From: an uncultured Syntrophaceae bacterium
GTDB taxonomy: Bacteria > Desulfobacterota > BSN033 > UBA1163
DNA: 32,000 nt
Direction of reading: 5' to 3'
Assembly (NCBI GenBank): GCA_964570075.1
Contig: CAZMWF010000029.1
Location: 3,290-35,289, forward strand
Shown one piece after another: positions 19,621 through 27,890 of this stretch. The notes under the pieces were generated by a model. That model was not told where the DNA came from. It worked only from the letters and a program-made list of their open reading frames with translations, and ran no database searches. The translations under genes and the position numbers were made by a program. Position 1 is the stretch's first letter. Each line of letters starts with the position of its first letter.

Positions 19621-20844
19621 TCAACCTCGATCCACCTGAACAATGGCTCCTTCCCCCTGGGCGAGTCCCCCGCAGATCGAGGCCACTCCCATTCCACCCC
19701 CTCTTCTTCTCAACTCATAGATCATCGTCATCAGGATCCTTCCTCCACTGGCTCCTACAGGATGGCCAATGGCAATTGCTCCTCCATTGACATTGATCTT
19801 CTCTAAAATCCCTTTCATCCTCTCCGGATCCCCATTCGAAAGAATCTTGGCGCTGACCAGGGGCATGGCAGCAAAGGCTTCATTGATCTCGATAAGGTCG
19901 ATTTGGTCAAGGGAGAGATTGACTTTTTTTAAGACCTTCTGGATGGTGAAACCTGGGATAGCCGCAATGAGCCTTGGATCCGTGGCAGTGGGAATCATGG
20001 AGACGATTTTTGCCAAGGGCTTAAGTCCCTTCTCTTCTGCCTTCCTTCGACTCATGATGAGAATGGCTGCAGCACCGGTATCGAGTCCGGGCGCATTTCC
20101 AGCGGTTACGGTGGGGCTTCCATAAACCGTAGGAAGTCTGGCGAGTTTTTCAAGAGTCGTATCTGGCTTTGGAAATTCGTCCTTTTCAAGAATAATGGGA
20201 GGCCCCTTCTTTTGAGGAATCTCGACCCGCATCAACTCCTCTCCGATCTTAAATTTTCCCTCCTGCCAGGCCTTTACATACTTCATCTGACTCTCATAAG
20301 CCCATCGATCCTGATCCTCCCGAGTGACTCCATATTCGAGGGCCACTTCTCCTGCGTCGACAGAGACAGGATTAAATCCTTTATATCCCAGTTCATAGAG
20401 ACCATCCCATATCTGAATATTTCCCAATCTTTTCCCCCACCGCACATCCGGAGGAATGACATAGGGAGTTCTACTCATGTTATCGGAACCCACCGCTAAA
20501 GCCACATCAATTTCACCGCTTCGGATCGCACGATACCCGAATCGAAGAGCAGCCAGAGAAGAACAGCAAGCCCGATCCAGGGTAATTGAAATGGACTCCC
20601 CCGGCATCCCTGCTTTGAGGGTGGCTTGTCTTGCGGGAACATCCGTCTCCAGGGCTGCCTCCCCAATAACGGCTGTTCCGTAATAGGTTTCTTCCACCTC
20701 ATCCCCTCTCAGGCCCACCCTTTGAAGGACTTCCCGAATCACCATCGCCCCCAACTCTATGGATGGAATGTCCTTTAAGACCCCTCCAAACTTCCCAAAG
20801 GGGGTTCGAACTGCACTCACCACCCAAACCTCCTGCTCCCTCAT
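19621..20844 (-). CDS. Thiolase (acetyl-CoA C-acyl/acetyltransferase family)
   Basis: Motifs AVRTPFGKFGG, LDRACCSSL (nucleophile region), NVNGGAIAIGHPVGASG and ICGGLAQG are present. An RBS (GGAGGAGG) lies upstream. Confidence 0.9.
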   Translation of the reverse strand: MREQEVWVVSAVRTPFGKFGGVLKDIPSIELGAMVIREVLQRVGLRGDEVEETYYGTAVIGEAALETDVPARQATLKAGMPGESISITLDRACCSSLAALRFGYRAIRSGEIDVALAVGSDNMSRTPYVIPPDVRWGKRLGNIQIWDGLYELGYKGFNPVSVDAGEVALEYGVTREDQDRWAYESQMKYVKAWQEGKFKIGEELMRVEIPQKKGPPIILEKDEFPKPDTTLEKLARLPTVYGSPTVTAGNAPGLDTGAAAILIMSRRKAEEKGLKPLAKIVSMIPTATDPRLIAAIPGFTIQKVLKKVNLSLDQIDLIEINEAFAAMPLVSAKILSNGDPERMKGILEKINVNGGAIAIGHPVGASGGRILMTMIYELRRRGGGMGVASICGGLAQGEGAIVQVDRG

Positions 20845-20867
20845 AACCTCCTCCTTTATAAATCTCG

Positions 20868-20944
20868 TAACCCCTCACGGAAGGGTGGAAATAAATTTAA
20901 GCCCGAGGGGGTATTGGAGAAACCCATTCCGCCAGAGGCGGATC
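20868..20944 (+). repeat. Intergenic repeat, copy B (left arm of the inverted pair)
   Basis: The sequence is TAACCCCTCACGGAAGGGTGGAAATAAATTTAAGCCCGAGGGGGTATTGGAGAAACCCATTCCGCCAGAGGCGGATC. Confidence 0.75.
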
Positions 20945-21062
20945 CGACTCGGTCGGAGGTGCGGCTACCTTAAATGGTCCATAGAAATTGTCACCTTGGT
21001 TTGTTTTAATCAGAAACCCATTTCTACAATGGATCGATTCGTATTCCTTAAACATATAATTT

Positions 21063-21130
21063 GATCCGCATTCTATGGGTTTCGGAAATACTCCTCTCGG
21101 GCTTATCCCCCAATTCTGAGTGAGGGATTA
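21063..21130 (-). repeat. Intergenic repeat, copy C (right arm, inverted)
   Basis: The reverse complement reads TAATCCCTCACTCAGAATTGGGGGATAAGCCCGAGAGGAGTATTTCCGAAACCCATAGAATGCGGATC. It is colinear with copy B along its whole length. Confidence 0.75.
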
Positions 21131-21151
21131 CTAAATCTCTATTTTTAAGGA

Positions 21152-21180
21152 TTGACAGTTTTTACATTTAGATATAAATT
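21152..21180 (+). promoter_or_regulatory. Candidate sigma70 promoter for the 180-aa secreted-protein gene
   Basis: TTGACA lies at 21152-21157. It is followed after 15-17 nt by overlapping TATAAA/ATAAAT/TAAATT hexamers. The site is about 45 nt upstream of the ATG. Confidence 0.5.
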
Positions 21181-21224
21181 CTAATCAACATCCTTTCAAT
21201 CCCTTTATCCTCGAAAGGGAAACG

Positions 21225-21767
21225 ATGAAAAAAGTCTTCCCAAGAATCATCCTCTTGGTTGGAATGATCCTCTTCCCCCTCAACCCCCTCTTACCCTCCA
21301 ACCTTCCTTCCTCCGACGATAAAATTCTAATCGATTCAGGAATCGATCCTTGGGTTCCAAATCCTTTGGTGGGGGAACATAAATGGAAAAAATTCTTCAG
21401 TGACGAAAAATTCACCCTGTCTAAAAAAGCAGAGACTCTTTGGTATTATGATACAAAGACAGAGATGAAAGCAAAGGGTGAAAAATTAAATCTAAAGGGT
21501 CAACCCTTATCCTTAGAGGGCGCTACCCTGGTATGGGTTAAATCGGTTGATTTAAAAAATCATAGAACCAGCTATCTCTTCTACGGCCTTTGGCCAGAGA
21601 AGAAGGCAGCCCTCTTCTTCGGAATTTTTGAAAACGAGGACAGAACAAAATCTATAGAAGAGATTGGGGAAATGGAGGAGATCCCCAAAATGGCTCCTGG
21701 GCTGGAAAGAGCAGTCCTTGAAAATCTCATCAACATAGTGTTTAAACCCTGGTGGAAGATCCTATAG
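21225..21767 (+). CDS. Hypothetical secreted protein (180 aa)
   Basis: It has an N-terminal hydrophobic signal-like segment (MKKVFPRIILLVGMILFPL), an RBS (AAGGGA) and a promoter. I recognise no family motif. Confidence 0.55.
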   Translation: MKKVFPRIILLVGMILFPLNPLLPSNLPSSDDKILIDSGIDPWVPNPLVGEHKWKKFFSDEKFTLSKKAETLWYYDTKTEMKAKGEKLNLKGQPLSLEGATLVWVKSVDLKNHRTSYLFYGLWPEKKAALFFGIFENEDRTKSIEEIGEMEEIPKMAPGLERAVLENLINIVFKPWWKIL

Positions 21768-23006
21768 ATCTCTTTCGAATATAGCCGCGATCCCCAATCC
21801 TCCGCCTCCGCAGATCGTCTCCAATCCGAAGCGAGCATTCCGCCTCCGCATCTCATGAAGCAATGTGACCAAGACCCTCGTCCCCGTACAGGCAATGGGA
21901 TGCCCCAAGGAAATTCCTGATCCATTTACATTGATCCGAGAATAATCTTTCTCTCCAAGCCCCATCACCTTTATATCGGCCAGCACCTGAGCAGCGAAGG
22001 CCTCCTGAATCTCGATCAAATCCATCTGCTCAAGCCTAAGATTCGCCTTCTTTAACACCTGAGCGACCGCTTTCGGAACCGTCTTGTAAGTCCTTCTCGG
22101 ATCATCTCCTACCACCGAGAAGGCTACGAGTTTCGCCAGAGGCTCAATCCCAAGCTCTCGGGCTTTTTCCCTTGAAACCACCACCACAGCCGCCGCCCCG
22201 TCATTCTCAGAGGACGAATTCCCAGCCGTACAGACGCCTCCCAAAATCGGCTTAAGCTCGGAGAGCTTCTCCAAGGTCGTTTCTGGCCTCGGTCCCTCAT
22301 CCCGATCAACCAGGGCAAAATCCTTCTCGCCTTTCGGAATTCGAACCGCCACGATCTCCTCCTTAAATCGACCTTCCTCCATCGCCCGACAGGCCTTTTG
22401 ATGACTTCCAAGAGCCCAGAGATCGCACTCCATCCGGGAAATACCCTCCTCCTTGGCCGCGGTCTCAGCCCAGGACATCATCGCCGGTAAAACCCCATAG
22501 CGCTCGATCGGCTGAGACATCACCCTCGCCCTCTGAATCCGATCATAAAGAGGAATTCCCCAGAGGGAGAGATCCCCATGCCCCTTGGGCATCCCTCTTT
22601 TGCCCCCTATCCCCCATTTAATCTCCCCAGGAAGATAAAATTCTGCATGGCTCATACTCTCCACTCCACCCGCTACCACCACCTCCGCATTCCCAGACTG
22701 AATCTCCATTGCTGCAAAACAGACCACATCCAGACCCGTGCAACATCGCCGATCCAATGTAATACCAGGAATCGACTCTGGCCACCCCGCCTTCAGCAGG
22801 GCCATCCGGGCAATATTCACGTATTCCCCGCTCTGATAGGATTGACCCAAAATCACCTCATCCACATCTCCAGGACTGATCCCTGCTCTCTTAACCACTT
22901 CATTCAAAACAAAAACGGCTAAATCATAGGCAGGCACCTCTTTCAAAACTCCCATATATCTCCCTACCGGTGTCCTCACCGCACCAATCATCACGGCTTC
23001 TTTCAA
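21762..23006 (-). CDS. Thiolase family protein (paralogue of 19621-20844)
   Basis: Motifs AVRTPVGRYMG, LDRRCCTGL, NVNGSGISLGHPIACTG and ICGGGGLG are present. It uses a TTG start preceded by AAGGAGGAGG. Confidence 0.88.
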   Translation of the reverse strand: MKEAVMIGAVRTPVGRYMGVLKEVPAYDLAVFVLNEVVKRAGISPGDVDEVILGQSYQSGEYVNIARMALLKAGWPESIPGITLDRRCCTGLDVVCFAAMEIQSGNAEVVVAGGVESMSHAEFYLPGEIKWGIGGKRGMPKGHGDLSLWGIPLYDRIQRARVMSQPIERYGVLPAMMSWAETAAKEEGISRMECDLWALGSHQKACRAMEEGRFKEEIVAVRIPKGEKDFALVDRDEGPRPETTLEKLSELKPILGGVCTAGNSSSENDGAAAVVVVSREKARELGIEPLAKLVAFSVVGDDPRRTYKTVPKAVAQVLKKANLRLEQMDLIEIQEAFAAQVLADIKVMGLGEKDYSRINVNGSGISLGHPIACTGTRVLVTLLHEMRRRNARFGLETICGGGGLGIAAIFERDL

Positions 23007-23103
23007 ATTTCCTCCTCCTTTTCTCCACCGATTGTTTTTGAAATTTCTCGACCTATTATAATGCCATCTTTATATAAAATAAACCCAATCTTTCATCTTA
23101 ACG

Positions 23104-23155
23104 TAATCCACCACCGAAGTGGGGAATAAACCCGAGAGGGGTATTGGGTCTGGTG
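23104..23155 (+). repeat. Intergenic repeat, copy D
   Basis: The sequence is TAATCCACCACCGAAGTGGGGAATAAACCCGAGAGGGGTATTGGGTCTGGTG. Confidence 0.7.
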
Positions 23156-23233
23156 AAAAAAATAATTTTTTAGGATATAGGATAGGAAAAGTTCGATCAG
23201 TTCGTCAAAAATTTTCTAAAGAAAGGGGAAAGG

Positions 23234-24073
23234 ATGGATCTTTATGAAATATTGATGAAACGGCGCTCCATCAGGGTGTTTCAAGAACAAGAAATCCCTG
23301 ATGAGATTATCGAAAAACTCCTCGATGTGGCTATCCACGGGCCATCAGGAGGAAATCTTCAACCCTTCTCGATCATCTTGGTTCGAAGCCAGGAAGGAAA
23401 GAAAAAACTGGCAGAACTTTCGGGTGGACAACCCTGGGTCACCAAGGCCCCTCTCACCCTGATCTTCTGTCTCGATTTCTTCCGTATCAAAAGATGGGCT
23501 GACTCCTGCGAGGTGGATTTCAAAGGAGAGAAGGCCCTCAATCATTTTCTCATTGCTTATGCCGATTTGATGATTGCGGCCCAAAGTGTAGCGATCCTTG
23601 CAGAAACCTATGGCCTTGGTTCGGTCTATATTGGTTCCATCCAGCATGAGATCGATGAGACGAGAAAATACTTTGAAATCCCAGAATATGTCCTTCCGAT
23701 GATGCTCCTCTCCATCGGCTTTCCCAAATCCATCCCTCCCTCTATTCCTAAATTAAAGAAGGAGATCATGATCCATAAAGAAAGATATCAGAAACCGAGT
23801 GACGAGGCAATTCGGAGGGCCTTGGATGAAAAATATGGACCCATCGATCAGAATCTTGAGAAATATCTGGAAAGGATTTTCATAGAAGCCCTGGAAGCTG
23901 AGAAATTAGACGCCTCCAGCTATATGGAGCGAGTCAAAAAGGAGATGAAGCGACTCGACATTCAAAATAATGCCCAGTTTCTCTTCAAAGTGAGATACCC
24001 CACCAAGGTGATGGTTCGGATGAATCGACGATTCAAAGAATCGTTCAAAAACGCTGGATTTGAAATCTTCTAA
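23234..24073 (+). CDS. Nitroreductase-family flavoprotein with a roughly 100-aa C-terminal extension
   Basis: Motifs RRSIRVFQEQEIPDE and GPSGGNLQPF are present. An RBS (AAGGGGAAAGG) lies upstream. Confidence 0.8.
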   Translation: MDLYEILMKRRSIRVFQEQEIPDEIIEKLLDVAIHGPSGGNLQPFSIILVRSQEGKKKLAELSGGQPWVTKAPLTLIFCLDFFRIKRWADSCEVDFKGEKALNHFLIAYADLMIAAQSVAILAETYGLGSVYIGSIQHEIDETRKYFEIPEYVLPMMLLSIGFPKSIPPSIPKLKKEIMIHKERYQKPSDEAIRRALDEKYGPIDQNLEKYLERIFIEALEAEKLDASSYMERVKKEMKRLDIQNNAQFLFKVRYPTKVMVRMNRRFKESFKNAGFEIF

Positions 24074-24075
24074 AA

Positions 24076-25047
24076 TTACTCTCCCACAGGGAAATGGCAT
24101 GAAACCCAATGGTTCTCTCCTATGTCTTTCAATTCGGGTTCCATCTCTCGACAAAAATTTCTTCGATAGGGACATCGGGAATAAAATCGACACCCTTCCG
24201 GAAGATTGATGGGACTCGGGATTTCTCCTTGGAGAAGGATTCTTCGTTTCTTCATTTTCGGATCAGGGAAAGGAACCGCAGAAAGAAGAGCCTGGGTGTA
24301 AGGATGTTTCGGTGAAGTGTAAAGAGCGGTATCCTTTGCCAGCTCCACGATCTTCCCAAGGTACATCACTGCCACTCGATCACTGATATGTTCCACGACA
24401 CTCAGATCGTGTGCAATAAAAAGGTAAGAAAGCCCCGTCTCCTCTTGGAGTTTGATGAGGAGATTGATGACCTGGGCTTGGATCGACACATCGAGAGCCG
24501 AGACGGGCTCATCACAGATGATCAGTTTGGGATTAAGGGCCAACGCCCTTGCAATACCGATCCGCTGTCGTTGTCCCCCGCTGAATTCATGAGGAAATCT
24601 ATTGGCCTGCTCAGGATGAAGCCCTACTTTCTCCATAAGATAAAAGACCCGATCCTGAATCTCTCCCTTGGAGGCAGGGATATGATTTCTTATTGGCTCT
24701 GCAATAATTTCTTTTACGGTCATTCTTGGATTCAAAGAGGAGTAAGGGTCCTGGAAGATAATCTGGAGTTTAGCCCTCACTTTCCGCAGAGATTCCCTGT
24801 TCAACTTTAGCAGATTCTCCCCATCGAACAGGATTTCCCCTGAATCAGGTTCGATCAGTCGGAGAATACATCGGCCCACGGTCGTCTTCCCGCATCCACT
24901 CTCGCCCACCAGTCCAAGGGTTTCTCCAGGATAGAGAGTAAAGCTCACTCCATCCACGGCCTGAACCCATCCTATCATTCTGGAGAAGAGTCCTTTTCGA
25001 ACAGGAAAGTATTTCTTGAGATCCTTGACTTGAAGAATCAGGTCCAT
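24076..25047 (-). CDS. Oligopeptide/dipeptide ABC transporter ATP-binding protein (DppF/OppF-like)
   Basis: Walker A is GESGCGKTT, the signature is FSGGQRQR and Walker B is LIICDEP. The C-terminal oligopeptide domain reads [13 protein letters not shown] prefer ATG 25047 over TTG 25056. Confidence 0.9.
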   Translation of the reverse strand: MDLILQVKDLKKYFPVRKGLFSRMIGWVQAVDGVSFTLYPGETLGLVGESGCGKTTVGRCILRLIEPDSGEILFDGENLLKLNRESLRKVRAKLQIIFQDPYSSLNPRMTVKEIIAEPIRNHIPASKGEIQDRVFYLMEKVGLHPEQANRFPHEFSGGQRQRIGIARALALNPKLIICDEPVSALDVSIQAQVINLLIKLQEETGLSYLFIAHDLSVVEHISDRVAVMYLGKIVELAKDTALYTSPKHPYTQALLSAVPFPDPKMKKRRILLQGEIPSPINLPEGCRFYSRCPYRRNFCREMEPELKDIGENHWVSCHFPVGE

Positions 25048-26015
25048 AACCAACAAAATACCCTCCGACCATGCTTCACGATAAGTGGGGGCTCTTCATT
25101 TCGACATCTATCCCTTGCGGTTAAACATCGGGGGTGAAATCGGCACCCCCTCGGCATCTCTTTAAGGCTTGGCACCATTCCAGGAATTTCCTGAAGGGGT
25201 TTTCTCCCTTCTTTTATCTTTCTCCCCATCCAAGGAATGGATTCGAGAAGACCCTTGGTATAGGGATGAAGGGGTTCAGAAAAAAGCTCTTCCACCGGTG
25301 CCTCCTCGACAATTTTCCCTGCATACATCACCACTACTCGTTTGGCCATCTCAGCAATCAGACCTAAATTGTGGGTAATTAATAGGATGGATGTCCGGAT
25401 CTCTTCTTTTAGATGTTCCATCAGGTCTACAATCTGAGCCTGAATGGTCACATCGAGCGCTGTCGTCGGTTCATCGGCCAAAAGCAACCTGGGATGGCAA
25501 GAAAGGGCCATCGCAATCATCGCCCGCTGTCTCATCCCTCCACTCAATTTGTGAGGATATTCTCTGGCTCGGATCCGAGGAGAAGGGATTTGGACCCTCT
25601 CGAGCATCTCCACCGCTTTCTCCCAAGCCTCCTCCCTCCCCAACCCCTGATGAAGACGGATCGCCTCGGCGATCTGTTCTCCAATAGTGAGGACAGGGTT
25701 AAGAGAGGTCATCGGTTCCTGAAAGATCATCGAGATGGAATTGCCTCGGATCCTCCTTATCTCATCCAGACTCATTTTAAGAAGGTCATTTCCATCAAAC
25801 AGAATCTGCCCCTCTATCTGGGCAGGAGGCGAGGCGAGCAGTCTCAAGATTGAGAGTGCCGTGACGCTTTTCCCGCATCCACTCTCTCCAACCACCCCAA
25901 GAGTTTCACCCGGGTAGATCTCGAGATGAATCCCGTCCACCGCGGTGAGAACTCCTTCATAGGTATGAAACCTTGTCCTTAAATCTTTGATGGAGAGGAG
26001 AGGTTCTTGCTTCAT
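25038..26015 (-). CDS. Oligopeptide/dipeptide ABC transporter ATP-binding protein (DppD/OppD-like)
   Basis: Motifs [30 protein letters not shown] and HPYTKGLL are present. The start overlaps the permease stop (ATGA). Confidence 0.9.
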   Translation of the reverse strand: MKQEPLLSIKDLRTRFHTYEGVLTAVDGIHLEIYPGETLGVVGESGCGKSVTALSILRLLASPPAQIEGQILFDGNDLLKMSLDEIRRIRGNSISMIFQEPMTSLNPVLTIGEQIAEAIRLHQGLGREEAWEKAVEMLERVQIPSPRIRAREYPHKLSGGMRQRAMIAMALSCHPRLLLADEPTTALDVTIQAQIVDLMEHLKEEIRTSILLITHNLGLIAEMAKRVVVMYAGKIVEEAPVEELFSEPLHPYTKGLLESIPWMGRKIKEGRKPLQEIPGMVPSLKEMPRGCRFHPRCLTARDRCRNEEPPLIVKHGRRVFCWLWT

Positions 26016-26842
26016 GATTTGAATCGTGGATCCAACATATCCCTTAATCCATCTCCTGAAAGGTTAAAACCCAACACAGCAAAAAAGATAGCCATTCCAG
26101 GAAAGGTGGCCACATGGGGGGCATGAAAGAGGTAGGGACGACCAGAACCTAACATGGCTCCCCATTCAGGAGTGGGAGGTTGAACTCCGATTCCTAAGAA
26201 ACCTAACCCGGCTGCGAAAAGGATGGCGGTCCCCATTCCCAAACTGGTCTGAATGGTGATGGGAGCCATCACGTTGGGTAAAATGTGTCGAAATAGAATG
26301 GTGAGGTCCCGTGTCCCCAAGGCTCGAGCGGCCTCGACATAAGTCTGTTCTTTCACTGAAAGAGTACACCCCCGAACCAAGCGAATGTAAATTGGAATCA
26401 TGCTGATTCCCACTGAAATGATCGTATTCTTTAATCCTACACCCAAAACCGCTACCAGGGCCAGCGCTAAAAGAAACCCCGGAAATGCTAACAAGGTATC
26501 GGTGGCACGTTGAATTCCAAAATCGACTTTCCCTCCATAGTAACCAGAGATAAGTCCCAATGGGACTCCTATGAAGAGCCCGACACAAACAACTCCAATA
26601 GCGATCAGCAAGGAAACACGAGAGCCATAAATGATTCTTCCAAGAATCGAACGGCCCAACTCATCTTTACCCAAAGGTTCTTTTATCGAGGGACGCTCTA
26701 AAGCTTTGGCAAGGTTGGGCGCTGAAGGATTCCCTGGATAGAGAAGGGGAGCGAATAGGGCTGTCACGAGGTAAATCAATAGGAGGATGCTCCCGAAGAG
26801 GGCGGCCTTATTTTTCTTAAATCTCCTCCATGGATTAATCAT
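26012..26842 (-). CDS. ABC transporter permease (DppC/OppC-like)
   Basis: The N-terminus is WRRFKKNKAALFG and multiple TM segments follow. The EAA-type loop reads YVEAARALGTRDLTILFRHILPN. I prefer ATG 26842 over TTG 26860. Confidence 0.88.
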   Translation of the reverse strand: MINPWRRFKKNKAALFGSILLLIYLVTALFAPLLYPGNPSAPNLAKALERPSIKEPLGKDELGRSILGRIIYGSRVSLLIAIGVVCVGLFIGVPLGLISGYYGGKVDFGIQRATDTLLAFPGFLLALALVAVLGVGLKNTIISVGISMIPIYIRLVRGCTLSVKEQTYVEAARALGTRDLTILFRHILPNVMAPITIQTSLGMGTAILFAAGLGFLGIGVQPPTPEWGAMLGSGRPYLFHAPHVATFPGMAIFFAVLGFNLSGDGLRDMLDPRFKS

Positions 26843-27755
26843 ATCGAATCCTCGGATCAAGATAGGCGTAAAGTAAATCCACCCCTAAATTTACCAGAAT
26901 ATAAAGGAGTCCAAAAATGAGGATAGCCCCTTGGATGACTGGATAATCCCTGGCCAAAATGGAGTCTACGATGAGGCGGCCCATCCCTGGCCATGCAAAG
27001 ACGGTTTCCGTGAGGACGGCACCCCCGAGAAGAAGTCCGAACTGAAGGCCAACGACTGTGATGATCGGAATCATGGCATTTTTGAGGGCATGTTTGATCA
27101 CGACGACCTCTTCCTTAAGACCTTTGGAACGGGCCGTGGTCGTGTAATCCTGAGAAAGAGCCTCAATCATACTCGCTCGAGTCATTCGGGTAATGAAGGC
27201 CACGACAAAGGCCGCCAAAGTCAGAGAGGGAAGGATGAGGTGCTTCCAGCTCCCGGTCCCTCCGGCAGGGAGCCAATGAAGGATTACAGAAAATAAAATG
27301 ATCAACATCAATCCAAGCCAGAAAACAGGCATAGAAATCCCGAAGAGGGCCATGGAGGTGAATAGGTAATCGATCCATGTATAAGGTCTGATTGCCGCTA
27401 AAATTCCAGCAGGAATCCCGAAGAGGCAAGCGAGGGCAATGGCTGTAACGGCAAGAAGGATGGTATTGGGAAGCCGGGCCCAAACCTCCTGGATGACGGG
27501 ATGCTGAGTTCGAGCAGAGCGACCCAAATCGAACCTCACTAAACGACCAAGAAAGAGCCCATACTGGACGAGCACGGGCCGATGGAGTCCGAGCTGTTGC
27601 CGAATGGTTTCTATCTCTTCGGGGCTCGCCATCTGTCCAGCAAGAACTTGAGCCGGATCTCCTGGTAACATTCGGAGCATGAAAAAAAGGAGAAGAGAGA
27701 TCCCAAAGAGGACGGGGATAGCCGAAAAAAGACGTTTTAGGACATATTGAAACAT
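26835..27755 (-). CDS. ABC transporter permease (DppB/OppB-like)
   Basis: The N-terminus is MFQYVLKRLFSAIPVLFGISLLLFF and the C-terminus is DLLYAYLDPRIR. Confidence 0.9.
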   Translation of the reverse strand: MFQYVLKRLFSAIPVLFGISLLLFFMLRMLPGDPAQVLAGQMASPEEIETIRQQLGLHRPVLVQYGLFLGRLVRFDLGRSARTQHPVIQEVWARLPNTILLAVTAIALACLFGIPAGILAAIRPYTWIDYLFTSMALFGISMPVFWLGLMLIILFSVILHWLPAGGTGSWKHLILPSLTLAAFVVAFITRMTRASMIEALSQDYTTTARSKGLKEEVVVIKHALKNAMIPIITVVGLQFGLLLGGAVLTETVFAWPGMGRLIVDSILARDYPVIQGAILIFGLLYILVNLGVDLLYAYLDPRIRYD

Positions 27756-27797
27756 AGGAATTACGATTTAGGAATGTGGACGTCTTCTTCAGATCAC

Positions 27798-27858
27798 GAG
27801 GCCCGTTTCGGGGAGAAACAGCGAACTATCCAATCACCCATTCACCGAAACGGGCCTC
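27798..27858 (-). other. Intercistronic stem-loop between the binding-protein and permease genes
   Basis: GAGGCCCGTTTCGG (27798-27811) pairs perfectly over 14 bp with CCGAAACGGGCCTC (27845-27858). The loop is 33 nt. Confidence 0.6.
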
Positions 27859-27890
27859 ACCACTTTAACCCTCAGACGAAATGTGATTTC

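Noticed and set aside
19620-19697. A longer GTG-initiated N-terminus (MEWEWPRSAG...) for the first methyltransferase, overlapping the thiolase by 77 nt
   Set aside because: ATG 19617-19619 lies 1 nt past the thiolase stop and has a GAGG upstream. The extension would be translated from thiolase-coding sequence in another frame and has no methyltransferase similarity.
20759-21064. A 101-aa plus-strand ORF spanning the intergenic repeat
   Set aside because: It starts antisense inside the thiolase gene and reads straight through inverted-repeat arm B and the core. It has no RBS and an Arg/Cys-rich, odd composition. The repeat structure explains the sequence better than coding does.
14933-23155. 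The four repeat copies considered as a CRISPR array
   Set aside because: The copies are diverged, lie in both orientations, are separated by kilobases of genes rather than short uniform spacers, and no cas genes are present.
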